The notes below the pieces were generated by a model. It was given only the letters and a program-made list of their open reading frames with translations. It was not told the origin of the DNA and searched no databases. Shown piece by piece: positions 17,966 to 26,354 of a stretch of DNA of 42,080 bases; position 1 is the first letter of the stretch, and every line of letters starts with the position of its first letter. Position numbers and translations under genes: made by a program. Location: assembly GCA_038200525.1 (NCBI GenBank), contig JBBPXW010000010.1, positions 1 through 42,080 on the forward strand, in the 5' to 3' direction. The stretch is from Solirubrobacterales bacterium (lineage in GTDB: Bacteria; Actinomycetota; Thermoleophilia; Solirubrobacterales; Thermoleophilaceae).

Positions 17966-19451
17966 GATTCACGGCCGCGCGCTCGGGCGCACGGCCGCCG
18001 CGCTTTGACTCGATGTCGGCGAGCTGGTCGTCGACCCAGTCGCCGGGGTCGCGCGCCTCGACCACCCGCTTCAGTCCTTCGGCTCGGCGGGCACGCTCGT
18101 CGGAGGACATCGTGAGCGCAGTGTGGATGGCGTCGGCCTGCTCCTGCACGTCGAATGGGTTGACCGACAGCGCGAACTCGGCGAGCTCCTCGTGCGCGCC
18201 GGTGTTCTCCGAGAGCAGCGAGACGCCGTGACGCTCGTTCACCAGCGGCCCCTCCTTGGCGATCAGGTTCATGCCGTCGAACATCGCGTTGACCATCAGC
18301 AGGTCGTAGTGCTTGTAGGCGGCGATGGCCTCGTCGAGGTTCTCGCGTAGACGGAGGTCGATCGGCATCCAGTCGGTGGTGCCGTGGCGCTGGTTGACAA
18401 CCGCGACGAGCGCCTCGATCCGCTCGAGGTACTCGGCGTACTCGACCACGTCCTGGCGAGACGGGATCAGGTGCGCGATGAAGGTCACCTGCTCGGCGAA
18501 CTCCGGGTGCTGCTCGAGGAAGAGGTCGAACGCCGCGAAGCCACGCAGCACGTTCTTGGACAGGTCGGCGCGATCGACGCGCAGGATGAGGTGCTCGCGC
18601 CGGCGGCGGAGGATGGTGCGCTCGTAATCGTGCACCTTCGCGCGCTGGGCGGTGTGGCGAAACGTCTCGGCAGAGATCGGCAACGGGTATGCGCGCACCC
18701 AGATCTCGCGGCCCTCGAAGTGCACGATGCCGTCCTCCTCTTCGACCTCGAGGTCGAAGAGATGGCGACAGCAGAGCAGGAAGTTACGCCGGTCCGCGCG
18801 GGTGTGAAACGCGACCACGTCGTTGGAGAGGATCCCGTGGAAGATGTCCTCGCGGATGTCGCGCGGCAGCACCCGCCACGCGTCCGGCTGCGTCCACGGG
18901 ATGTGCACGAAATGGTGGAGGAACACGTCCGGGCGCGCCTCGCGGATGAAGCGGGGCGCGGCGTAGAGGTGGTAGTCGTGGAGCATGACCACAGGGTCCT
19001 CGGCGCCCTCGATCTCCTCGAGCACCGCATTGGCGAGGTCCCGGTTCACGGCGCGATAGCCATCCCAGTAGGACTCGACCTCCCACTGACGGATGTCGGG
19101 CGCATTCGAGAGATCCCACAGGTAGTGCTGGATGAACCACAGCATCGGGTTGGCGACGGTGTTATAGAAGCGGTCGTATGCCTCTGCGTCTGACTCGACG
19201 AGGCGGATGTCGTAGGTCACGCCGTCGAGCTCGCAGGCAAACGCCTTGTTGTCGTGGGCCTGAGCCGCCTCGGCGTCGTCGTCGGACAGCGTCGAGGCGA
19301 TCCACAGCGCGTCGCGGTGGTGCACCAGCCCGGTGAGCGCAGTCACGAGGCCGCCGCTGCCGCGACTCGGGACCAGCTCCCCGGCGTCGTTGCGCCCGAA
19401 GGTCGCCGGCCCCCGGTTGGAGACGAGAACGAGTGGCGAGTCAGAGCTCAT
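17952..19451 (-). CDS. otsA: alpha,alpha-trehalose-phosphate synthase (GT20)
   Basis: Motifs LVLVSNRGP, GGLVTAL, FYNTVANPMLWFIQHYLWD, VHDYHL, FLHIPW-like FVHIPW and DGMNLIAKE. Confidence 0.9.
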   Translation of the reverse strand: MSSDSPLVLVSNRGPATFGRNDAGELVPSRGSGGLVTALTGLVHHRDALWIASTLSDDDAEAAQAHDNKAFACELDGVTYDIRLVESDAEAYDRFYNTVANPMLWFIQHYLWDLSNAPDIRQWEVESYWDGYRAVNRDLANAVLEEIEGAEDPVVMLHDYHLYAAPRFIREARPDVFLHHFVHIPWTQPDAWRVLPRDIREDIFHGILSNDVVAFHTRADRRNFLLCCRHLFDLEVEEEDGIVHFEGREIWVRAYPLPISAETFRHTAQRAKVHDYERTILRRRREHLILRVDRADLSKNVLRGFAAFDLFLEQHPEFAEQVTFIAHLIPSRQDVVEYAEYLERIEALVAVVNQRHGTTDWMPIDLRLRENLDEAIAAYKHYDLLMVNAMFDGMNLIAKEGPLVNERHGVSLLSENTGAHEELAEFALSVNPFDVQEQADAIHTALTMSSDERARRAEGLKRVVEARDPGDWVDDQLADIESKRGGRAPERAAVNPSRG

Positions 19452-19471
19452 ACCGCCATGACCTTACGCAC

Positions 19472-19843
19472 TCAGAGGTGCTTGACCAGCACGGTGTGGC
19501 CCGACGAGAACGTGACCTCGTCGACCGTGGCCGAGATGATCGCGTGGCTCAAGTCCTGCTCCACTGCCGGCTCCTCGGCAGGGCTGCCAGAGAGCTCCAT
19601 GATCAGCAGGCTGTCCTGCAGCCGAAACGAGAAGTCCACGCGATCGGCGACGCCGGCGCCACCATCGCTCTCGGCCACGAAGTCGCCCGCGGCCTCGGTG
19701 ACCGCCAGCTTCAGATCGGCGATGTCGGACGGGCCCAGCGCGGTAAGACGGCATACGGCCGCGAGCGCGAGCCGGGCAAGCACCAGGAAGCCCGGCTTGG
19801 CCGGGATGGCAAGGGAGACGTCGCGGCTCTCGGTGGTGCTCAT
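19472..19843 (-). CDS. RsbW/SpoIIAB-like HATPase-fold protein lacking ATP-binding motifs (putative pseudokinase)
   Basis: Collinear with SpoIIAB (LAIPAKPGFLVLARLA...DLKLAVTEAAGDF...LLIMELSGSP...VDEVTFSS...VKHL). The N-box Asn, DxGxG and G2 box are all replaced. Its ATG overlaps the IMPase TGA (ATGA). Confidence 0.5.
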   Translation of the reverse strand: MSTTESRDVSLAIPAKPGFLVLARLALAAVCRLTALGPSDIADLKLAVTEAAGDFVAESDGGAGVADRVDFSFRLQDSLLIMELSGSPAEEPAVEQDLSHAIISATVDEVTFSSGHTVLVKHL

Positions 19844-20778
19844 CCCCGCCACGAATCTACCGAGCCGAGCCGGGCGATGCCGGCGTCGAGCGAGGCGAGG
19901 ATGGCGTCGTGAAGCGGCCGGTTGGCCGTTGCGACCACCGACATCTGGAACTCGGCACCGGAGCCGAGCAGCAGCCGGTCGTCGAGCGCGCGGCCGTAGG
20001 CATCGGTCACGATCGCGCCGGCCTCCTGGCATACGAGCGCCGCCGCGGCCACGTCGTAGGGAGAGTTGTTGAGAACGGCTCCGGAACCGACGCGCTCGAA
20101 CTCCGCACGCACCCCCGGGACGTCGTCGACCATGCGCGGCCCCGGCTCCACGTAGGAGTCCATCTGGCCCGTCACGATCCGGGTCATGTCGAACGCGGCC
20201 GAGCCGAGGTCGAACGTGCCGCCTCCCACCGACGACGCGTCGAGCAGCTCGGCGATCACCTCGGTGAGGGCGCGTGCGGGCCGGCCGCGAAAGCCGTAGG
20301 TCCAGAACATGCGCTCGATCCGCTCGTTCGAGCTGAGCCGCACCGGAGGCGACTCGAGCACGCCCCGGCCACGCTCGGCCAGGAACACGGCGCCTGACGG
20401 GATCTCGACGATGCATCCGACCGACACGTCGCCCATCGTCGGCTCGCGGTGAAGCGGCGCCGCGGCCACAGAGACGCAGCATGACTCAAGGCCCGCCAGC
20501 GCCGGCCTGGTGCCGTCGATGGGGTCGACCACAAGCACCGCGCGTGCGGGATCAGCGGGCTCGACGAGCCCGCGGTCCTCGGAGTAAAAGGCCACGTCGG
20601 GAGCCCGCGCTGCCAGGAACTCCTCCAGGAAGCGCTCCGCGGCAGCGTCGATCGCAAAGGTCACGTCGCCTCCAGCCGCCTGTGCGTCCTCTTGGTGTGT
20701 GCGACCCGCGTGGGAGCCCAGCTGAGGGAGCACCTGGTCGCGCAGGGCCACCGCGAGGTCGCGGACGAGGTCGATCAC
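19840..20778 (-). CDS. inositol monophosphatase / FBPase-family phosphatase
   Basis: Motifs YSEDRG, VVDPIDGT and PYDVAAAALVCQEAGA. Start placed at GTG 20778 because the upstream part of track ORF (to 20850) overlaps a recognisable GrpB fragment in another frame. Confidence 0.75.
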   Translation of the reverse strand: MIDLVRDLAVALRDQVLPQLGSHAGRTHQEDAQAAGGDVTFAIDAAAERFLEEFLAARAPDVAFYSEDRGLVEPADPARAVLVVDPIDGTRPALAGLESCCVSVAAAPLHREPTMGDVSVGCIVEIPSGAVFLAERGRGVLESPPVRLSSNERIERMFWTYGFRGRPARALTEVIAELLDASSVGGGTFDLGSAAFDMTRIVTGQMDSYVEPGPRMVDDVPGVRAEFERVGSGAVLNNSPYDVAAAALVCQEAGAIVTDAYGRALDDRLLLGSGAEFQMSVVATANRPLHDAILASLDAGIARLGSVDSWRG

Positions 20779-20930
20779 GTGCGCACGGGCTTCGCGGCCA
20801 TGGCTGGCACCGCGGTGCTGCCCACGTGGTGGATGCCACCGCTCGCCCACGGCGCCGGGATCGGCTCGAGCGGGCCGCGTTCGGCTCCGAAGCGATCGGG
20901 CCAGGCCGGGTCGTGGTCGACGATGCGCAC
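20775..20930 (-). pseudogene. GrpB-family gene remnant (N-terminal roughly 51 codons only)
   Basis: VRIVDHDPAWPDRFGAERGPLEPIPAPWASGGIHHVGSTAVPAMAAKPV matches the GrpB N-terminal signature (yDP-WP--F--E...IHHiGST-VPGLAAKP-IDI). It then stops at a TGA overlapping GTG 20778. Confidence 0.6.
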
Positions 20931-21035
20931 CGCTTGGTCGGGGGCGCGAGCTGGCTGGGTGGGAATGGGGTGCGTGCCTTTGCCGTCAGGTTGTCGCGGT
21001 TTGTGACGCTGCGTGCCGCCATCCACGAGTGAAGG

Positions 21036-21061
21036 ATTGTGGTCGTCCTGACCACCACAAT
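21036..21061 (-). terminator. hairpin ATTGTGGT-N10-ACCACAAT downstream of htrA
   Basis: 8-bp perfect stem about 45 nt after the htrA stop, in a locally AT-richer stretch. No clear U tract. Confidence 0.4.
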
Positions 21062-21102
21062 GCTTCATTCGATTCGTCGTACCGCTGGCGGGGCCGATGG
21101 GC

Positions 21103-22299
21103 TCACTTGCCCTTCGGCGGCCGCTGCGGCCGGTCGCCGAGCTTCGCCTTCACTGTCCGGCGCTTGCCGCCGCGAACCACGTCGAGCTTGACGGTGTCGC
21201 CGGAGTCCCGCGCGCCGATCACGTCGGCGAGGTCGTCGCGCCGGGTGAGCTTGTGACCATCGACCCCGACGATCACGTCGCCGTCGGAGGGGATGTCGCG
21301 CTGGCCCTGGAAGTCGACCGTGTTGCTGCCGCTGGAGAGCCCGCCGTCGGCGGCGGGGCTGCCGTCCTGGACCTCGACCACCAGCGCGCCGACGGTCACC
21401 GGCAGGCCAAGCTTGCGCGCGAGCTGGGGGTAGAGCGGCTGGGAGGTCACACCGAGGTAGCCGTAGTCGACGCTGCCGTCGGCGCGCAGCGAACGCAGCG
21501 AACGCCTCACCGTGTCCACGGGAATCGCGAACCCGACGCCCTCGCCGCCACCGCTGGTGGACTTGATCTGGGAGTTGATTCCAAGCACCCGCCCCTTGGC
21601 GTTGAGCAGTGGTCCGCCGGAGTTGCCGGGGTTGATGGCGGCGTCGGTCTGGATCGCGTCGCCGATCTGGAACTGCGTGAGCGACTCGATCGAGCGATCC
21701 AGCGCGGAGATCACGCCGACCGACAGCGACTGACGCTCCCCGAAGGGGCTGCCGATGGCGGCGACCGGCGCGCCCACCCTGAGGTCGTCGGAGTGCCCGA
21801 GACGCAGCGGGGCGATTGACAGGCCGGCAGGATCGACCTTGAGCAGCGCGACGTCGGAGTTCAGGTCGTAGCCCACCACACGCGCCCGGACGCGGTTGCC
21901 GTCGGAGAACTCGACGTAGACCTTGTCCGCCTTCTTGGTGTCCGGGGGCTGCCCGTCGGTGACCACGTGGGCATTCGTCGCGATCGTGCCGTCGTCGGCG
22001 AGCACGAACCCCGACCCCTGGCCGCCCTCCCCGCCGTCGCGGCTGCGCGAGCCGGTGCCCGAGTCGAAGATCGAGATGATCGTGACCACGCCGGGCGAAA
22101 GCCGGTCGTAGAGCGCCGCGGCGTCGAGCCCACCCTTGCTGCCGAGGCCCTCGACCACTTGTACGCGCGTGGTTCTCACGTCGCGCGGCGAGCTGTCGCC
22201 GACCGAGGAATCGTCCCCGCCGGCAGTGCAGGCACCGAGCGCGACTGCCACCGCTGCCGCGACGAGCGCGGCAGCGACCGGTCCGAACGCCCGGTTCAC
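21103..22299 (-). CDS. HtrA/DegP-family trypsin-like serine protease with C-terminal PDZ domain
   Basis: Lipoprotein-like signal AVALGAC. Catalytic contexts TNAHVV, DVALLKV and GNSGGPLLN. PDZ-like C-terminus. GTG overlaps the kinase TGA (GTGA). Confidence 0.9.
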   Translation of the reverse strand: MNRAFGPVAAALVAAAVAVALGACTAGGDDSSVGDSSPRDVRTTRVQVVEGLGSKGGLDAAALYDRLSPGVVTIISIFDSGTGSRSRDGGEGGQGSGFVLADDGTIATNAHVVTDGQPPDTKKADKVYVEFSDGNRVRARVVGYDLNSDVALLKVDPAGLSIAPLRLGHSDDLRVGAPVAAIGSPFGERQSLSVGVISALDRSIESLTQFQIGDAIQTDAAINPGNSGGPLLNAKGRVLGINSQIKSTSGGGEGVGFAIPVDTVRRSLRSLRADGSVDYGYLGVTSQPLYPQLARKLGLPVTVGALVVEVQDGSPAADGGLSSGSNTVDFQGQRDIPSDGDVIVGVDGHKLTRRDDLADVIGARDSGDTVKLDVVRGGKRRTVKAKLGDRPQRPPKGK

Positions 22300-23729
22300 C
22301 GCCGGCGGCCCGCGTGTGCGGGAAGCTCGAGCGTGAACGAGGAGCCCCGTGTCGCGGGTCCGGCGCGCAGGCTTCCGTCCATTCGCTCGGCCAGCTCGCG
22401 GGCGATCGCCAGGCCGAGGCCCGCGCCCCGTGTCGCGTCGCCGGTGTAGAAGCGCTCGAAGACCTGCGAGCGGTCGCGCAGCCCGGGACCCTCGTCGGCC
22501 ACCGTGAGGCTTATCGACCCGTTCACCCGGCCGGCGGACACGGTCACGTGCGTGCCCTCGGGCGTGTGGCGAAGCGCATTGTCGAGCAGGATACGCACGA
22601 TCTGGGCCACCCGCTCACGGTCACAGGTGGCGCTCACGCGGGCCGGAAGGCGCAGCTCCAGCTCGGTCGCGTGGCGCGTGACGGCCGGCCTGAACTCGCC
22701 GATCACCGCGCGCGCCAGCTCCGACAGGTCGACCGCCGCGCGTTCCAGCTCGAGCGATCCGGCATCGATACGCGACAGGTCCAGGAGGTCGACCGCGAGC
22801 TTCTGCAGCCGCTCGACCTGCTCGACGGCGGTGTCGAGAAACTCACGTCGGGTCTCCTCGTCGAGATCCTCCTCGCGGAGGAGCTCGAGAAAGCCGCCAA
22901 GCGAGAAGATCGGCGTGCGCAGCTCGTGCGAGGCGGTGGCCACGAACTCCTTGCGTGCCACATCGACCTGCCGCAGCTGGGCCTGCATCTCGTTGAACGC
23001 ACGCGTGAGCTGGCCGAGCTCGTCGCGGGAGTCGACGGGCAGCGGGTCGATGAACATGCCGTCTGCCACCTGCTGGGCGGCCTGCTCGACGCGTCGCACG
23101 CGCCGTGTGAGCGCCTGGGCGACCAGGTAGCCGCCGAGCAGCGCGACCAGCAGCGCAACGCCGGTGCCGAGCAGCAGCCGGTTGCGGATGAACACGACGG
23201 TCTCGTTCACGTCGTCGAAGCTGCGCGAGTAGAGCGCCACCCAGTCGGCGCGGCGGCGGTACTTCAGTGGCTGGGCCACCTCCCCGAGCGGCTCTCCCGC
23301 CAGCCGGCCCCGGCCGCGGGCGGCCCGGCCCGTGCGGATGGCCTCGCGCACGAGCGGGTCGTTGACCGGCACCGCGCGCTCCTCGCGGGAGTCGCTGATG
23401 ACAAAGAAGCGGGGCGTGCGGTCGCCTGCGCCCCGCGACTGCTGGACCCCGAGCAGCGTGACGCGCGCGCCTGCGGCGTCGGCGATTGCCCGCACCCGGC
23501 TGTCGAGTGTCTTGGCGGTGGCTGACCGGCTGCCCATCAGCGACTCCAGAGCTGGCCGCGAGCCCGCTGCAACCCGGGAGAGCTCCGCGAGCTTTGCCTG
23601 CTCGAGGCTCGACTTCAGCTGGGGCACCACGAAGAAGTAGACGACCCCGAAGCCCGTGGCGGTGATGCCGAGAAAGAGCAGGGCGAGCTTGTTGCGCAGG
23701 GACCTCAGGTGGGGTCGCCGAGGTCTCAT
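22296..23729 (-). CDS. two-component sensor histidine kinase (HAMP-HisKA-HATPase; MprB/CpxA-like)
   Basis: Two TM segments. HAMP region. H-box FVATASHELRTPI. N-box LLDNALRHTP. G-boxes DEGPGL and GAGLGLAI. Confidence 0.9.
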   Translation of the reverse strand: MRPRRPHLRSLRNKLALLFLGITATGFGVVYFFVVPQLKSSLEQAKLAELSRVAAGSRPALESLMGSRSATAKTLDSRVRAIADAAGARVTLLGVQQSRGAGDRTPRFFVISDSREERAVPVNDPLVREAIRTGRAARGRGRLAGEPLGEVAQPLKYRRRADWVALYSRSFDDVNETVVFIRNRLLLGTGVALLVALLGGYLVAQALTRRVRRVEQAAQQVADGMFIDPLPVDSRDELGQLTRAFNEMQAQLRQVDVARKEFVATASHELRTPIFSLGGFLELLREEDLDEETRREFLDTAVEQVERLQKLAVDLLDLSRIDAGSLELERAAVDLSELARAVIGEFRPAVTRHATELELRLPARVSATCDRERVAQIVRILLDNALRHTPEGTHVTVSAGRVNGSISLTVADEGPGLRDRSQVFERFYTGDATRGAGLGLAIARELAERMDGSLRAGPATRGSSFTLELPAHAGRRR

Positions 23730-24427
23730 CGCTCGCGGAAGCGGTACCCGACCCCTCGCACGGTCACGATCAGCTCCGGGATCCTGGGGTCGGACTCGAG
23801 CTTCTCGCGGAGGTGGCGGATGTGCACGTCGATCGTGCGGGGATCGCGGTAGGAGGCGTCGCCCCAGACCCGCTCGAGCAGCACCATGCGGCTGTAGACC
23901 CGGCCCGGGGTGCGCGCCAGCGCCGCGAGGATCTCGAACTCGACGTAGGTGAGGGCGGCTGGGACGCTGTTGCGCGACACCACCCGCTTCTCGAAGTCGA
24001 TCCGGAGGTCGCCGTCGACGATGGCCTCCTCGCTGCGCTCCTCACCGCGGCTCAGCTCGGCGCGGCGGAGCACCGCCTTGACCCGGCTCCGGAACTCCCG
24101 GAGCGAGAACGGCTTCGTGATGTAGTCGTCGGCGCCGAGCTCGAGTCCCCGAACCTTGTCGAGCTCCTCAGTACGCGCCGTCAGCATGATGATCGGCACC
24201 GAGCTCGTGGCGCGGACCCGCCGGCAGACCTCGAGGCCGTCGACCAGGGGCAGCATCAGGTCGAGCACCACGAGGTCGAAGGGGCTGTCGCGAACCGCCT
24301 CGAGCGCCTCGCGCCCGTCGAGCGCCGGAACGACCTCGTATCCGTCCTTGCGCAGGGGGTAGCCAAGCAGCTTCTGGACCGACAGCTCGTCGTCGACGAG
24401 GAGGATGCGGGGGGCTGGGCTCGCCAT
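23726..24427 (-). CDS. OmpR/PhoB-family response regulator (MprA-like)
   Basis: Start at ATG 24427 (MASPAPRILLVDDE). Has DLVVLDLMLP and ADDYITKPF. Winged-helix end VRGVGYRFRE. Its stop overlaps the kinase ATG (ATGA). Confidence 0.9.
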   Translation of the reverse strand: MASPAPRILLVDDELSVQKLLGYPLRKDGYEVVPALDGREALEAVRDSPFDLVVLDLMLPLVDGLEVCRRVRATSSVPIIMLTARTEELDKVRGLELGADDYITKPFSLREFRSRVKAVLRRAELSRGEERSEEAIVDGDLRIDFEKRVVSRNSVPAALTYVEFEILAALARTPGRVYSRMVLLERVWGDASYRDPRTIDVHIRHLREKLESDPRIPELIVTVRGVGYRFRER

Positions 24428-24431
24428 TGGC

Positions 24432-24467
24432 GGAGGGCATCGTTTAAGGCTTCGAAGCGATGCCTCC
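24432..24467. promoter_or_regulatory. imperfect inverted repeat GGAGGGCATCG...CGATGCCTCC enclosing palindrome GCTTCGAAGC in the divergent regulator/membrane-protein spacer
   Basis: Read directly. It occupies most of the 57-nt divergent intergenic region. Candidate operator or leader hairpin. Confidence 0.3.
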
Positions 24468-24484
24468 CGAGATTGTAGGTTGAG

Positions 24485-26278
24485 GTGGGTGAGGAGCCCC
24501 CCGTCTTGATAGAGCCGCGCATCTATCGCGCGGCCTTCGTGCCGGCCGTGCTGGCGATCGTGCTCGTGATGTTCTCGCTTCAGAGCCGCCCGAATCCACT
24601 GCCGCAGGGACTCGCCGCCGATGTCGTGTTCGAGGGCCCCACGGCCGGAGCCCAGGCGAGGCGGATCCTCGACGCGGCGCCCGACCGGCGCGCCGGCAAG
24701 CCCGGGGATCGCCGGGCGGCAGGGTTGGTCGCGAAGGCATTGCGCGACCGCGGCTTCACCACCGAGGTCGATCGCTTCGAGAGCCACGAGCGCGCCCTGG
24801 TGAACGTGGTCGGCAGGCGCGCGGGCCAGACGCGACGTCAGATCGTGGTGGTTGCCGACCGCGACGCCACGGGCGTGCCGGACGCGGCCGGCAGCGCCTC
24901 CGACACGGCGGCGCTGCTCCAGCTGGCGCGGGTGTTCCAGGGCAGGCCCTCGCAGAAGACGCTGGTGCTGGCCTCGCTCGACGGCGCGACGCTCGGGCAG
25001 GTCGGCGCGAAGCGGCTGGCCTCGTCGCTCGGCGATCCCGGCTTGGTCGATGGCGTGATCGCGATGTCAGACCTCGGGTCCGGCGGACCCGAGCCGCCTG
25101 CGGTGATCCCCTGGAGCAACGACACCGCCCGCACGGGCCTGCGACTGCAGCGCACGGCTGTCGGGTCCGTCCGAGCCGAGGCCGGACGGGTGGCCGGCGG
25201 CTCCAGCGCCTCGGGCCAGATCGCGCGTCTCTCCTTCCCGACTGGGATCGGGGCGCAGGGGGTGCTGCTCGAGAAGGGCTACGACGCGGTGCGGGTGGCC
25301 GGCTCGGGCGAGCTCGGGGACACCTCCGGGTCGCGGCCGGACGCCATCGACCCCGATCGCGTCGGATCACTTGGGCGGGCCGTGCTGCGCACGGTCACGG
25401 CGCTCGACCAGAGCCGCACAGGAGCGAAAGGACCGGACACCTACGTGACCGCGGTGAGTCAGGTGGTGCCCGGCTGGGTGCTCGTCGTGCTCGGGGCCGC
25501 GCTGATACTGCCGGCGCTGGTGGCGAGCGTCGACGCGTTCGCGCGCGTGCGCCGCCGGCGCGCTGCGATCCTAGTGTGGGTGGCGTGGCTCGGCGTCGCG
25601 GTCCTGGCGCTGGTGATGGCCCTCGTGCTCGCCCACCTCCTCCTGCTCGTCGGGGCGATCGACGCGCCCTCTGCCCCCGTCGCCCCCGACCTGTTCCAGG
25701 CCACCGCCGGACCGATCGCCGCGCTGGTCGGGCTGGCGCTCGTGGCGGGCCTGGCATGGCTGGGGCTCAGAAGGCTGGCCGCGGCAGCCGATCCCGATCT
25801 CCGGGACCAGGCGGCGCCGGGGGCGGCGGTCGTGGTCTCGCTCGCGCTTGTCGGCGCGACGATCGTCCTATGGCTCGTCAATCCCTTCGCCGCTCTCGTG
25901 ATGGTGCCAGCGCTGCATCTATGGATGCTCGCGGCCCTGATCGAGCCGGCGCCGTCGCGACGGGCGCGGATCGCGTTGGTGACAGGTGGGCTGCTGCTTC
26001 CGCTGCTGCTCGTGGTCTACGAGCTCGCCGTGCTCTCCGTGAACCCGCTTGGCGGCGCCTGGTACCTGCTGATCATGGTGACGGGCGGCCAGGTGAGCCT
26101 GATCAGCGCGCTGCTCGGATGCCTGTTCATCGCGCTGCTCGGGTCGATCGTGTCGATCGCATTGAGCCGGTCGCCGGAGGCTCCGCCGCCGGCGCGCATC
26201 CTGCCGACCGTGCGCGGGCCGGCCGGCTACGCCGGGCCCGGATCGCTCGGCGGCACCGACTCGGCGATGCGCCGTTGA
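24485..26278 (+). CDS. polytopic membrane protein with an N-terminal M28-peptidase-like domain lacking metal ligands
   Basis: M28-like layout (NVVGRRAG...IVVVADRDA...GSASDTAALLQLARVF...LVLASLDGATLGQVGA), but H-x-D and EE positions are substituted. C-terminal half has about 8 hydrophobic helices. Confidence 0.6.
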   Translation: MGEEPPVLIEPRIYRAAFVPAVLAIVLVMFSLQSRPNPLPQGLAADVVFEGPTAGAQARRILDAAPDRRAGKPGDRRAAGLVAKALRDRGFTTEVDRFESHERALVNVVGRRAGQTRRQIVVVADRDATGVPDAAGSASDTAALLQLARVFQGRPSQKTLVLASLDGATLGQVGAKRLASSLGDPGLVDGVIAMSDLGSGGPEPPAVIPWSNDTARTGLRLQRTAVGSVRAEAGRVAGGSSASGQIARLSFPTGIGAQGVLLEKGYDAVRVAGSGELGDTSGSRPDAIDPDRVGSLGRAVLRTVTALDQSRTGAKGPDTYVTAVSQVVPGWVLVVLGAALILPALVASVDAFARVRRRRAAILVWVAWLGVAVLALVMALVLAHLLLLVGAIDAPSAPVAPDLFQATAGPIAALVGLALVAGLAWLGLRRLAAAADPDLRDQAAPGAAVVVSLALVGATIVLWLVNPFAALVMVPALHLWMLAALIEPAPSRRARIALVTGGLLLPLLLVVYELAVLSVNPLGGAWYLLIMVTGGQVSLISALLGCLFIALLGSIVSIALSRSPEAPPPARILPTVRGPAGYAGPGSLGGTDSAMRR

Positions 26279-26286
26279 GCGGCTTT

Positions 26287-26303
26287 CTCGTCCATTTGAC
26301 GAG
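26287..26303 (+). terminator. hairpin CTCGTC-CATTT-GACGAG just after the membrane-protein stop
   Basis: 6-bp stem 9 nt after TGA 26276-26278. No U tract. Confidence 0.3.
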
Positions 26304-26354
26304 TGGGGCGCCCACCCCATGCGCTCGCGCCACCCCGACGACGATAGGAAGCCC

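Noticed and set aside
20760-20790. GrpB-IMPase as one frameshifted fusion gene (AAKPV ... VIDL continuity)
   Set aside because: Downstream of VIDL the sequence is a complete IMPase N-terminus, not the rest of GrpB. The VIDL match is 4 residues and probably coincidental or junction microhomology. It is kept only as a note in the finding.
20779-20850. Longer start (GTG 20850) for the IMPase-family gene
   Set aside because: These 24 codons (MGERWHPPRGQHRGASHGREARAH) overlap the GrpB remnant in another frame. They are not IMPase-like. A full-length IMPase N-terminal helix is already present from GTG 20778.
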